Source of the DNA: an uncultured Pseudomonadota bacterium
Lineage (GTDB): Bacteria; Bacillota; Sulfobacillia; JAUYEF01
Direction of reading: 5' to 3'
Length of the DNA stretch: 64,000 nucleotides
NCBI GenBank assembly: GCA_964417635.1
Contig: CAYQIY010000005.1
Coordinates: 80,681 to 144,680 of the forward strand
Shown here: in pieces, positions 41,282-50,591 of the stretch
How the letters are laid out: each line of letters begins with the position of its first letter
Numbering within the stretch: the first letter of the stretch is position 1
Program-made: the position numbers and the translations under genes
Notes under the pieces: model-generated
Databases searched by the model: none
What the model was told of the DNA's origin: nothing
What the model saw: only the letters and a program-made list of their open reading frames with translations

Positions 41282-41533
41282 TTGGGACTCCGAGCGTATT
41301 TGCTTATCCGGGCCAAGCAGGGCGTTGATGAGGCTGGGCTTTTTAAGAAGGCACAAGAGATCGAATGCATGCAGCAGGTGGATTTTGTCGACGTGGTGAG
41401 GGGTACACACGACCTTGTTGCGATAGCAGAATCCAAAGACACGGTCGACGCCCTCTGTCTCGCTGTTAGCAGCCTTGATTGGGTAGATGACGTAGACGTA
41501 CTGCGTGTGCTGTGCGAGCAGTACTCGGGCTAG
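41282..41533 (+). CDS. Stand-alone Lrp/AsnC ligand-binding (RAM) domain protein
   Basis: RAYLLI...VDVVRGTHDLVA pattern, 83 aa, no HTH; TTG after GAGGTG. Confidence 0.65.
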   Translation: MGLRAYLLIRAKQGVDEAGLFKKAQEIECMQQVDFVDVVRGTHDLVAIAESKDTVDALCLAVSSLDWVDDVDVLRVLCEQYSG

Positions 41534-41568
41534 AACCGGTGTGTACGAAGAGGCGGGAGGATGATCGC

Positions 41569-42099
41569 GTGAACGAGATCACACGAGAGGTATCCGAGTC
41601 GATATCTCACATAGTGCGCGAACTGAACTACGAGAGTGGCTCGGCCATTCCCATACTACAGCGAGTACAAGAGCGCCTTGGGCATGTCTCGCCCGGGATG
41701 ATCCAGCAGATATCTGATCTTACCGGAATTCCAGCGAGCGAGCTGTATGGTATTGTGACGTTCTACTCTCAGTTTCACCTCGAACCACGGGGAGAGAACA
41801 TAGTGAGGGTATGCCACGGCACCGCGTGCCACTTGGCCGGGGCCGAAAGAGTGACTCACGCAGTAGAGATGGCCACCGGCGCCAAAGACGGCGGTACGAG
41901 TGAGGACGGGCGGTACACCGTTGAGAGAGTGGCGTGTCTTGGCTGTTGTAGCCTTGCACCTGTCGTAATGATAAACGAAGAAGCGCATGCCAAAGTAGAC
42001 CCTGACAAAGTGAAGAGCATGTTTAGGCAGTTTGAGAAGAAGATTCACGAGGCCGAGAACACAGATGAAAAGCCATCGGAGGGTAAAGACCATGCCTGA
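41569..42099 (+). CDS. NuoE/HydC-like [2Fe-2S] subunit (StnA-like)
   Basis: VTFYSQF; CHGTAC...CLGCC; GTG 41569 after GGGAGG. Confidence 0.9.
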   Translation: MNEITREVSESISHIVRELNYESGSAIPILQRVQERLGHVSPGMIQQISDLTGIPASELYGIVTFYSQFHLEPRGENIVRVCHGTACHLAGAERVTHAVEMATGAKDGGTSEDGRYTVERVACLGCCSLAPVVMINEEAHAKVDPDKVKSMFRQFEKKIHEAENTDEKPSEGKDHA

Positions 42100-43873
42100 A
42101 ACCCAGGAGAGTCCAGTGAAGAGCAACGGGCAGATCGAGGTTCGAGTTGGCCTCGCCAGTTGCGGCATCGCGGCTGGAGCGTCTCCTGTCAGGGAGGCAC
42201 TTCGGGTTGCACTTCTGCCGCACGCCATACCGGTGCGCGTCACAGGGTGTATCGGTATGTGTTATGCGGAGCCTCTTGTTGAGGTAGAGACTGCTTCGCA
42301 CGAACGCTTTCTGTACGGAAGAGTGACACCAGAGAGAGCAAAGAAGATAGTGGAAAGCCATGTGCTCGGAGGAACACCTATAGAAGAGTGGCTCGTGTCC
42401 GAAAAGCACACCGCCTTGGCCGCACAGCATCGTGTTGTGTTGAGAAACTCTGGCCGTGTCGATCCTGAAAGTATCCAAGACTACATGTCTATTGGTGGAT
42501 ACAAAGCGCTCGAAAAGGCGCTTAGGCAAACGCCGGAGCAGGTTATACAGGCGGTGCTTGATTCGGGGCTCAGAGGGCGCGGAGGAGCGGGCTTCCCCAC
42601 AGGCCTCAAGTGGAAGTTTACCCGCCAGGCCGAAGGAGACCCGAAATACATCGTGTGCAATGCAGACGAAGGAGACCCCGGCGCGTTCATGGACAGGAGC
42701 ATACTAGAAAGCGATCCGCACAGCGTGATCGAAGGCATGATAATCGCCGCGTATGCTATAGGCGCGAGTCACGGGTACATCTATGTCAGAGCAGAGTACC
42801 CACTTGCGGTCAAACGGCTCAAGAAGGCAGTCGCAATGGCGGCAGACGAAGGTTTTCTAGGCTCGGGAATTCTCGGCAGCAACCACAACTTCATGTTGAC
42901 CATCAGAGAAGGAGCGGGCGCGTTTGTGTGCGGTGAGGAAACCGCTCTACTGATGTCGATAGAAGGCAGGCGTGGAATGCCTGTGCCGCGCCCACCATTT
43001 CCGGCGGAGAAGGGGTTGTGGGCCAAACCGACGTCTATCAACAACGTTGAGACGTTTGCGAACGTACCCTACATTATCTTAGAGGGCGCGAAGCAGTACG
43101 CCAGCGTCGGTACCGAAAACAGCAAGGGCACAAAAGTATTTGCGCTTGCAGGCAATGTGGTGAACGGCGGGCTGGTCGAGGTGCCTATGGGCACCACTCT
43201 TCGCCAAATCATCTTTGATATCGGTGGTGGGATTCCGGGTGGACGTTCACTCAAGGCGGTGCAGACCGGTGGGCCGTCGGGCGGCTGCGTGCCTGTTGAA
43301 CTCATAGATACTCCGGTAGATTACCAGTCGCTTGCCGAGGCGGGCTCGATCATGGGATCGGGCGGTCTTCTCGTGATGGACGACTCGACGTGCATGGTGG
43401 ATGTGGCGAAGTTCTTTCTGAAGTTCACGGTAGAAGAATCGTGCGGAAAGTGTACCTTCTGCCGAGTGGGCACCAGACAAATGGAGCGAATACTTGAACT
43501 CATCACACGAGGCGAAGCAGAAGAAAAGCACCTAGAACTACTGGAGCAAGTCGCCGAAAATGTCAAGAAGGGCTCTTTGTGTGGACTGGGCCAGACTGCT
43601 CCAAACCCTGTGCTTACGACTCTGCGCTACTTCCGTGACGAGTACGAGGCTCACGTGAAGGATAAGCGCTGCCCCGCGAAAAAGTGCGCGGCACTCATTA
43701 CCTACGAGATACTCCCGGACAAGTGCACAGGCTGCAGCCTATGCGCGAGGAACTGTCCGGTGAACGCGATATCTGGAGAGATTAGGAAAACCTACGTGAT
43801 CGATCAATCTGCGTGTATCAAGTGCGGCCTCTGCGTCAGTTCGTGCAAGTTCGACGCAGTAATGGTCAAGTAA
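42092..43873 (+). CDS. NuoF/HydB-like FMN/NADH-binding Fe-S subunit (StnB-like)
   Basis: GLRGRGGAGFPTGLKW; ADEGDPGAFMDR; GAFVCGEETAL; CGKCTFCR; N-terminal thioredoxin-like Fe-S domain and C-terminal 2x[4Fe-4S]. Confidence 0.93.
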   Translation: MPETQESPVKSNGQIEVRVGLASCGIAAGASPVREALRVALLPHAIPVRVTGCIGMCYAEPLVEVETASHERFLYGRVTPERAKKIVESHVLGGTPIEEWLVSEKHTALAAQHRVVLRNSGRVDPESIQDYMSIGGYKALEKALRQTPEQVIQAVLDSGLRGRGGAGFPTGLKWKFTRQAEGDPKYIVCNADEGDPGAFMDRSILESDPHSVIEGMIIAAYAIGASHGYIYVRAEYPLAVKRLKKAVAMAADEGFLGSGILGSNHNFMLTIREGAGAFVCGEETALLMSIEGRRGMPVPRPPFPAEKGLWAKPTSINNVETFANVPYIILEGAKQYASVGTENSKGTKVFALAGNVVNGGLVEVPMGTTLRQIIFDIGGGIPGGRSLKAVQTGGPSGGCVPVELIDTPVDYQSLAEAGSIMGSGGLLVMDDSTCMVDVAKFFLKFTVEESCGKCTFCRVGTRQMERILELITRGEAEEKHLELLEQVAENVKKGSLCGLGQTAPNPVLTTLRYFRDEYEAHVKDKRCPAKKCAALITYEILPDKCTGCSLCARNCPVNAISGEIRKTYVIDQSACIKCGLCVSSCKFDAVMVK

Positions 43874-43885
43874 GAGGAGAGGGCC

Positions 43886-46800
43886 ATGGCTATGCTAGAG
43901 ATCACTGTCGACGGAAAGCAATACAAAGTTCCCGCCGGTAAGACTGTGCTCGAAGCCGTGAGAGATGTGGGCGTGCACATCCCAGCGCTCTGCGAAGACC
44001 CCAGGCTCGAGCCGTTTGGCGCGTGCAGGATGTGTCTCGTGGAAATAGAAGGCGCGCGCGGGCCGGTTACTGCGTGCACAACCCGTGTCACTCAAGGTAT
44101 GGTTGTCACAACCAACAGCGATGTAATAGCCGGATTGCGTAAGACGGCCGTCGAACTCCTGCTCGCCGAACACTACGGTGACTGTGTGGCACCGTGCCAC
44201 ACTGCTTGTCCGGCCGGCATAGATATCCAGGGGTTCATAGCACTGATTGCTGCCGAGAAGAACGCTGAAGCGTTGCAGCTTATTAAAGAGGCGCTGCCGT
44301 TTCCGGCAGTATGCGGAAGAGTGTGTCCGAGGTTCTGTGAAGACGACTGCAGGCGGAACCTGGTAGATAAGCCGGTCGCCATATGCCATTTGAAGCGCTA
44401 TGTTGCTGATATAGACCTAGAGCAGCCGTCGCCTTATATGCCGAGTGTAAAGCCGGATTCGAAAAAGAGCGTCGGCATCGTCGGCGGAGGGCCGGCAGGG
44501 CTTACCGCAGCGTACTACCTAGCAATAGAAGGTCACCGGGTTACAGTGTATGAGGCTGCTCCAGAACTCGGAGGGATGATGCGCTATGCGATTCCCGAGT
44601 ATAGGCTACCGAGGGACTTGCTTGCCAAAGAAATAGCGACCATAACCAGATTGTGTGAGGACGTAAGATGCAATACGCGGCTTGGTCGTGACATAACGCT
44701 TGACGAACTGAAGGCTCGTCACGATGCGGTGATACTCACTGTTGGCGTTATGGCTTCGCAGATGATCCCCGTCGAAGGCATGGAGCTCCCGAGAAGCTAC
44801 GCCGGACTCGCGTTCTTGCGCGATGCGGCGGAGAACCGCTCGCCCGATATAGGAGAGAGGGTAGCTGTCATAGGTGGAGGCAACACCGCTATTGACGTCG
44901 CCAGGACGGCACTCAGGCTTGGCGCAAAGTCTGTTACCGTGTTCTACCGCAGGTCGCGCCAAGAGATGCCCGCAAGCGCCGAAGAGATAGAGCACGCCGA
45001 AGAAGAAGGCGTACAGTTCCATCTGCTCGCTAACCCTGTAAGGCTGGAGGGAAAGCACGGGGTGGAGACCATCGTATGTACAAAGATGGAACTGGGAGAG
45101 CCCGACGCTTCTGGGCGCAGAAGGCCTCAGCCTGTGCCGGACTCTGAGTTCTGCGTGGCGGTGGATAGTGTTGTTTGGGCGACCGGTCAGGTGCTTGACC
45201 CCGACGGGCTTGACGGAGTCTCACTCAACAGGTGGGGCTACATCTCGGCCGATGAGGTGTATAGGACCAACGATGCTTCGGTGTTTGCGGCAGGTGACTG
45301 CGTGACAGGACCTACCACAGTTGTCGAGGCGTGTGGTCAGGCGCACAAGGCCGCGATGCTTGTGCATAAGTACCTCAGAGGGCTGCCGGTTGTGGCTGAC
45401 AAAGAGGCGTACAACTGCGTGAAGGGCACTCTGGATAGTATAGATCCCGAAGAGTACGAGCAGTATGAAAAGATTGAGCGGAACGAGTCAGTCCTAAGAC
45501 ATGCTAGAGAGAGAAAGCGCGATTTTGCCGAAGTAGATCCCGGGTTTATGGCCAAGCAGGCGCTATCCGAGACAGACCGATGTCTGTCGTGCGGCTGTCA
45601 GGATGTGAACGAGTGCTTGCTAAGAGAGTACGCCACAGAATACGGCGCTGAGAAGCCTGAACTGCTTCGTGAAGAAGTGCTGCCCGTGCAAGATGATCAT
45701 CCGTTCATCGTACGAGATCCAAACAAGTGCGTGCTCTGCGGCAGCTGTGTTCGCATCTGCGCCGAGGTGACCGGTGCTTCGGCTCTCGGATTCACCGAAA
45801 GAGGGTTCAACGTTGTCGTCAGCCCAACACTCGGACTGCCGCTGGCAGAAACGGCGTGCGAGTCGTGCATGCAGTGCATTTCCACCTGTCCGACAGGTGC
45901 GCTTGTTCCGAAAGTGCCACTACCCAAGCCGGGGCCGTGGAAACTTGAGAAGACACAAAGCGTATGCCCTGAGTGTAGCGTAGGCTGCGTGATCGATCTT
46001 GAGACGTACGCAGATATGCTTGTGAGTGTAAGTGCCACGGTGGGCAGCGTTACCAATAATGGTAACCTGTGCCGTAAGGGTGCTTTCATCGCGCACGACA
46101 TAGCGAAAAAGCCACGAGCTGCTAAGCCGATGGTCAGGAAGAATGGCGAACTAGTGCCCACCACATGGGCGGATGCAACTGGAGTTGCAGCAAAAGAACT
46201 GCAGAGCGTCGGGCCTGAGCACATCTCTGCTTGGTTATCCGGACGCTCAACCAGTGAGCAAGCAGCTCGGGCATACCGGCTTGTGCGCGAAGTGCTCGGA
46301 TCGCAGCGACTGCTGTCACCTGCGTGTGGCGTAGCAGCCAAACTGGAGAAGATAGAGTCGCTGGGTCAAGCGGCGACGTTCGAGCACTTGGACAAAGCAG
46401 ACTTTGTGCTCTCGGTGCACGCGGATCTGGCTGAACGCTTCCCTGTAGCGGGCATGAGGTTAAGGCAGAGTGTCAAGCGAAACGACGCTGATTTCATCTC
46501 GCTTAACACACGACGCACGCGGCTGGATCCGCTGGCAAGCGCATCGTACGCCATGAGTGCTGCGAGGATTAGCACGACTCTCAGGATGGTCATTAAGCAC
46601 ATCTTGGACAACCGGCTGGCAGCTGCTGGTCTGGATCCAGAGCGACTTGCGAAGTTGGAGATGGCGGTTGCGGCACACATCGCGGAAGAACCGGCACAAA
46701 GACCCATGCTCAAACGCGCACGCATCGCAGCGATAGCAGAGGCGATGTGCAGCGCCAAGCGGCCTCTCGTGGTTACAGACCTTGAGCGCATATCTGGCGA

Positions 46801-47206
46801 AGACCTTGAGTTGCTGTCAGAACTCACGTGGCTTACAGGTCAAAGCCAGAACTCGCTGCTCGCGTTCGACTCAAGCGCCAACTTGCGAGGATTGCTTAAG
46901 GCGCAGATAGCATCTTGCGACAAGTGTGATGAAGAGATCCGCCAAGTGGCGGATGCAAACTTGCTCATAAAGGCGCGCGGCAAAGAGAAGGATTTTTGCA
47001 TCGTGCTGACACCTTACCTGACAGATGAACTGCTGCAGTCAGCGGATGTGGTACTGCCCGCAGCCACATTTGCCGAGAGTTCAGGTACCTTTGTCAATGC
47101 GGAAGGCAGGGAGTTAAGACTCAAGCGCGCGGTATCGCCTCCTGGCGGCTTGGAGACATGCGAGGTCATAACCATGCTCGAAGATGCGGTTAGAACGCTT
47201 GGGTAA
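43886..47206 (+). CDS. Fusion of NuoG-type [2Fe-2S], GltD/NfnB-like FAD-NAD(P)H domain, 4Fe-4S domains and a degenerate molybdopterin-oxidoreductase domain (StnC-like)
   Basis: GACRMCLVE; CHTACPAG; CGRVCPRFCE; GGGPAG; GGGNTAIDVAR; YRRS; AAGD; KCVLCGSCVRIC; CPECSVGC...CRKG; DVVLPAATFAESSGTFVNAEGR. Confidence 0.88.
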   Translation: MAMLEITVDGKQYKVPAGKTVLEAVRDVGVHIPALCEDPRLEPFGACRMCLVEIEGARGPVTACTTRVTQGMVVTTNSDVIAGLRKTAVELLLAEHYGDCVAPCHTACPAGIDIQGFIALIAAEKNAEALQLIKEALPFPAVCGRVCPRFCEDDCRRNLVDKPVAICHLKRYVADIDLEQPSPYMPSVKPDSKKSVGIVGGGPAGLTAAYYLAIEGHRVTVYEAAPELGGMMRYAIPEYRLPRDLLAKEIATITRLCEDVRCNTRLGRDITLDELKARHDAVILTVGVMASQMIPVEGMELPRSYAGLAFLRDAAENRSPDIGERVAVIGGGNTAIDVARTALRLGAKSVTVFYRRSRQEMPASAEEIEHAEEEGVQFHLLANPVRLEGKHGVETIVCTKMELGEPDASGRRRPQPVPDSEFCVAVDSVVWATGQVLDPDGLDGVSLNRWGYISADEVYRTNDASVFAAGDCVTGPTTVVEACGQAHKAAMLVHKYLRGLPVVADKEAYNCVKGTLDSIDPEEYEQYEKIERNESVLRHARERKRDFAEVDPGFMAKQALSETDRCLSCGCQDVNECLLREYATEYGAEKPELLREEVLPVQDDHPFIVRDPNKCVLCGSCVRICAEVTGASALGFTERGFNVVVSPTLGLPLAETACESCMQCISTCPTGALVPKVPLPKPGPWKLEKTQSVCPECSVGCVIDLETYADMLVSVSATVGSVTNNGNLCRKGAFIAHDIAKKPRAAKPMVRKNGELVPTTWADATGVAAKELQSVGPEHISAWLSGRSTSEQAARAYRLVREVLGSQRLLSPACGVAAKLEKIESLGQAATFEHLDKADFVLSVHADLAERFPVAGMRLRQSVKRNDADFISLNTRRTRLDPLASASYAMSAARISTTLRMVIKHILDNRLAAAGLDPERLAKLEMAVAAHIAEEPAQRPMLKRARIAAIAEAMCSAKRPLVVTDLERISGEDLELLSELTWLTGQSQNSLLAFDSSANLRGLLKAQIASCDKCDEEIRQVADANLLIKARGKEKDFCIVLTPYLTDELLQSADVVLPAATFAESSGTFVNAEGRELRLKRAVSPPGGLETCEVITMLEDAVRTLG

Positions 47207-47223
47207 TAGCATCTGCTAGATAG

Positions 47224-47255
47224 AAGCCCCGTCGCTTAAGCGGCGGGGCTTTTTT
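47224..47255 (+). terminator. Intrinsic terminator
   Basis: AAGCCCCGTCGC-TTAA-GCGGCGGGGCTT followed by a T run. Confidence 0.85.
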
Positions 47256-48076
47256 CCGCGACCGACCAAGAATGTGCCTGATGGAGTATATCAAGAAAGG
47301 AGATCCGCTCAGATCTGTGTCAAAGGGTGCAAAATGCAGGCCGAATCGTCTGGTACAGGGCGCATGGGTGAGACGACCGCCACACACCGACCATTCAGTT
47401 GCAGTACAGCTGCCAGCTTGTGCTCCGAACACCACTCAACTTCAAACCCGTACGATTGACCGGTTACGGCTGCAGCAGACGGTCGACCAAGTCCAAGACG
47501 TGCACGCGGAAATGTGGCTCGAACCTGTTCACCATGGCAAGAAGAAAGATTTGATTATGGCCAAAGGGGGGCAGGTGAAATGTGGCAACTGACGAACACT
47601 CCGCACCAGGGAGATATTGGTCAAGAAAGACGACAGACCACCTAACCGGGCTCTCAAGTTGGAGATCCCGGCTGAGTTTGGGCAGTTATTGATGAGATTT
47701 CTCCGTTCCCTGTAATCTGCCGTCCGGTTGTGGATTGCACAACTGAACCAACCAGAAAGCCCCAGTTGCTTGAACCTGCATAGTCGTGCAAGTAGGCGGA
47801 TCATTATGAAGGGCTAACATCCTTGACTCTAACCTTTTCGGACCAAGACACGCTAGCTCGTTCGGGGTGAGTGCATTGTGTCGTAACGGCATCAGTACTC
47901 AGATGGCAACACCCACAGCATGCTTGGTAAGTGATGCACCTCGTGTTGCCTGCTCCGCTTTCTGTCTCGATTCGCAGTCTACCCCAGAACAGAACCTGTG
48001 GGAGGCGATGGCCGCCATGCAGCATGGCAAGCAGTGACTGGTCACCATAATCGTCCATGATAAGCGAGGGAGGAGA

Positions 48077-50341
48077 ATGGACAGTTCCACAAGATCTAGA
48101 AGATCGGTCTTGGTTGCTTTCGCGGTTCTGATGAGTTTGGTGCTACCGTTGACAGCTAGTGCAGAAAGCGCCCCCGCCGAGCAGTGGTCTAGAGTGTATG
48201 GAGGACCCGCCGACGATGTTGCCAATGCGGTTGTCGCGGCATCCGATGGCGGGTTGGTATTTGCTGGCTCGACCAAGAGCAACAGTGGGGGAGCGACTAG
48301 TGATGTGTGGTTGGTAAAGACCGGCGCAACGGGAGAAGAGATATGGAGCAGGTCATTGGGCGCGCCGAGTGTGGATGACTACGCTCAGCAGCTGGTATGC
48401 ACTCTGGACGGCGGTTACCTCATGGTCGGCTATCGAGTTGTCAATTCCGGAGACCTGCTGATCATCAAGGCCGATTCCGAGGGCAGCAAAGTGTGGGAGA
48501 AAGTCTACGGAGGGTCCAATCAATACACTACCGAGATTGGCTACTCAGTCTTTGCCAATCAGGACGGCACTTTCGTGGTGGGCTATGCGGGAGACAGCTA
48601 CCCTAGGCTGATGAAGGTCGGCGCTGATGGTATCAAGATCTGGGACCTGACGCTGGGTCCGCGGTATTACGACAATCCGGTTTCCATAAAGCAGACTGCT
48701 GACGGCGGTTATGTTATCGCCGGATCGGGGTACAGATACCCCAACTACACCAACAAGTGGTACGCGTGGATTATGAAGACGAATTCCGACGGTACTGTGA
48801 TTTGGAGAAAGAACTTCCTGCCCTCGGGTGAATGGCAGTTTGTTCTCAGCGATATTGCTGAGATTGCACCTGGCGGAGGCTATGTCGCAGTTGGGTACCG
48901 TCTTACTTCCACCCCCGGTTCGTACGATGCTTGGATCTTGACGGTGGATTCCGGCGGCAATGTTATAGGCCAGCAGTTCTACGGGGGTGCGGAGAATGAC
49001 TGGTTTTCCAAGGTCGCCTCTGTGACCGATGAGGGATACACAGTGCTGGGTACAACCGCTTCCATTGGTGCTGGCCAAAGCGATGCCTGGCTGGTGAGCG
49101 TTGATTTGGACCTCAACACAGTATGGTCCAAGACGGTCGGTGGGGCAGGCATGGACATCGCACGCGGTATTTGCAGCACAAGTGATGGGGGTATGGTCAT
49201 TGTAGGCTACTCCGACTCATGGGGAGCCGGCGGCTATGATGGCTGGTTGGTGAGCTTTGGTGGATCCCTTGACGCTAGCGCCCCCCAGACTACGACACAA
49301 CTCTTCGGCACAGTGGGCCATGACGGTTGGTACACTTCAGATGTGGAAGTAAGCCTGAACGCAATTGATGAAGGTTGCGGTGTGGATGCGACCGAGTATA
49401 GCCTGGACGGTGCCAACTGGAACCTCTATGTCGCTCCCTTTGTGATCAACACGGAAGGAATGAACATCCTATACTTCTTTTCAACAGACAAAGCGGGTAA
49501 CGTCGAAGAGGTTCAGCAGCAGGCTGTCAAGATCGACAAGACACTACCGGACATCTCGGCGGTCATCGACGCTCCCAACGATAATGGCTGGTACAATCAG
49601 GACGCCGTCGTGCACTTCGAAGCCTCTGATGCCGTCTCGGGGCTTGCTTCACTGACTCCCGAGGTTGTAGTTGTATCGACAGAAGGTGCAGGTCAGTTCG
49701 TAACCGGAACAGCCACCGATAACGCGGGCAACACTTCAGACTATACCGTAACCGACATCAACATCGACAAGACCCTACCAGCAGTAACCATCACCCTGCC
49801 CGCCAATGGAGCGGAGTACCTCCTGAACGACACTGTCGTTGTGAGTTGGACGGCCGATGACCTCCTGTCTGGTATCGCCAAGGCTGAGGGAACACTGCCG
49901 CCTGGGGTGGCGCTGGATGCTGGCACCGTTGGAGAGCACGCCTTCACCGTCACTGCCTCCGACCTGGCTGCCAATCAGGCGAATTTGACGGTGACCTATT
50001 ACGTCCGCTACGCTTACAGCGGCATTTTGCCGCCGATCCGCAGCGACGGTAAGAGCGTGTTTAAGCTGGGGCAGACCGTACCCGTAAAATTCAGGTTGCA
50101 GGATGCCAGTGGTGAGTGCGTAGGCGGTGCTATCGCTAGGCTCTACCTGTTGAATAGCGGTAGAGAGATAGAAGCCGTTGCCACGAGCACGGCCACCCAT
50201 GGCAACTTCTTTCGATACGACAGCCGCGAGAAGCAGTTCGTCTTTGAGCTCGCGACCAGGGATCTCTGGGCTGGTATCTGGCAGTTAAGGATCGCGTTAG
50301 ATGACGGTACCTCATATATGACCAGTATCACGCTCAGATAG
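48077..50341 (+). CDS. Secreted protein: beta-propeller-like repeats, Ig-like (OmpL47-type) domains and C-terminal PxKF domain
   Basis: RBS GGGAGGAG; signal peptide ASA; about 7 repeats of type (S/T).DGG...G...D.W..K....G...W....GG; TEYSLDG...STDKAGNVE; C-terminal GQTVPVKF. Confidence 0.78.
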   Translation: MDSSTRSRRSVLVAFAVLMSLVLPLTASAESAPAEQWSRVYGGPADDVANAVVAASDGGLVFAGSTKSNSGGATSDVWLVKTGATGEEIWSRSLGAPSVDDYAQQLVCTLDGGYLMVGYRVVNSGDLLIIKADSEGSKVWEKVYGGSNQYTTEIGYSVFANQDGTFVVGYAGDSYPRLMKVGADGIKIWDLTLGPRYYDNPVSIKQTADGGYVIAGSGYRYPNYTNKWYAWIMKTNSDGTVIWRKNFLPSGEWQFVLSDIAEIAPGGGYVAVGYRLTSTPGSYDAWILTVDSGGNVIGQQFYGGAENDWFSKVASVTDEGYTVLGTTASIGAGQSDAWLVSVDLDLNTVWSKTVGGAGMDIARGICSTSDGGMVIVGYSDSWGAGGYDGWLVSFGGSLDASAPQTTTQLFGTVGHDGWYTSDVEVSLNAIDEGCGVDATEYSLDGANWNLYVAPFVINTEGMNILYFFSTDKAGNVEEVQQQAVKIDKTLPDISAVIDAPNDNGWYNQDAVVHFEASDAVSGLASLTPEVVVVSTEGAGQFVTGTATDNAGNTSDYTVTDINIDKTLPAVTITLPANGAEYLLNDTVVVSWTADDLLSGIAKAEGTLPPGVALDAGTVGEHAFTVTASDLAANQANLTVTYYVRYAYSGILPPIRSDGKSVFKLGQTVPVKFRLQDASGECVGGAIARLYLLNSGREIEAVATSTATHGNFFRYDSREKQFVFELATRDLWAGIWQLRIALDDGTSYMTSITLR

Positions 50342-50366
50342 GAGCAGGCCATCTCGGCAAGCTGCT

Positions 50367-50394
50367 GAAGGGGTCTCACCGGTGAGACCCCTTC
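50367..50394. terminator. 28-bp perfect palindrome, probable terminator
   Basis: GAAGGGGTCTCACC-GGTGAGACCCCTTC, 25 nt after the stop at 50341. Confidence 0.65.
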
Positions 50395-50591
50395 TTCGAC
50401 GGGATCAACCGAACAGGCTGCGTCAGACCAGGCCCCAGGCCTTTGTTCCGAATGAGCATGAAGCAAAGGTTGCCCTATTGACCCGAAGAGCATCCACGCT
50501 CAGAGGGTGAGCAGTTAGCCTCGCAGCAAGGTGCGCCTGGTTGTGTGGTCATGGCACTCTGGCAGTACTTTTCGGATGGGTGTATCTAAAA

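Noticed and set aside
41569-43873. Respiratory complex I (nuo) operon
   Set aside because: No membrane or quinone-module nuo genes are adjacent; the NuoF homologue has HydB-type extra Fe-S domains.
43886-47206. Formate dehydrogenase alpha or [FeFe]-hydrogenase call
   Set aside because: No Cys/Sec-His active-site motif, no in-frame UGA and no H-cluster motifs.
47272-47715. ORF ending C-G-N-TGA with an open frame beyond it, a possible CxxU selenoprotein
   Set aside because: No recognisable family, no convincing RBS and only a weak 4-bp hairpin close to the UGA; probably chance.
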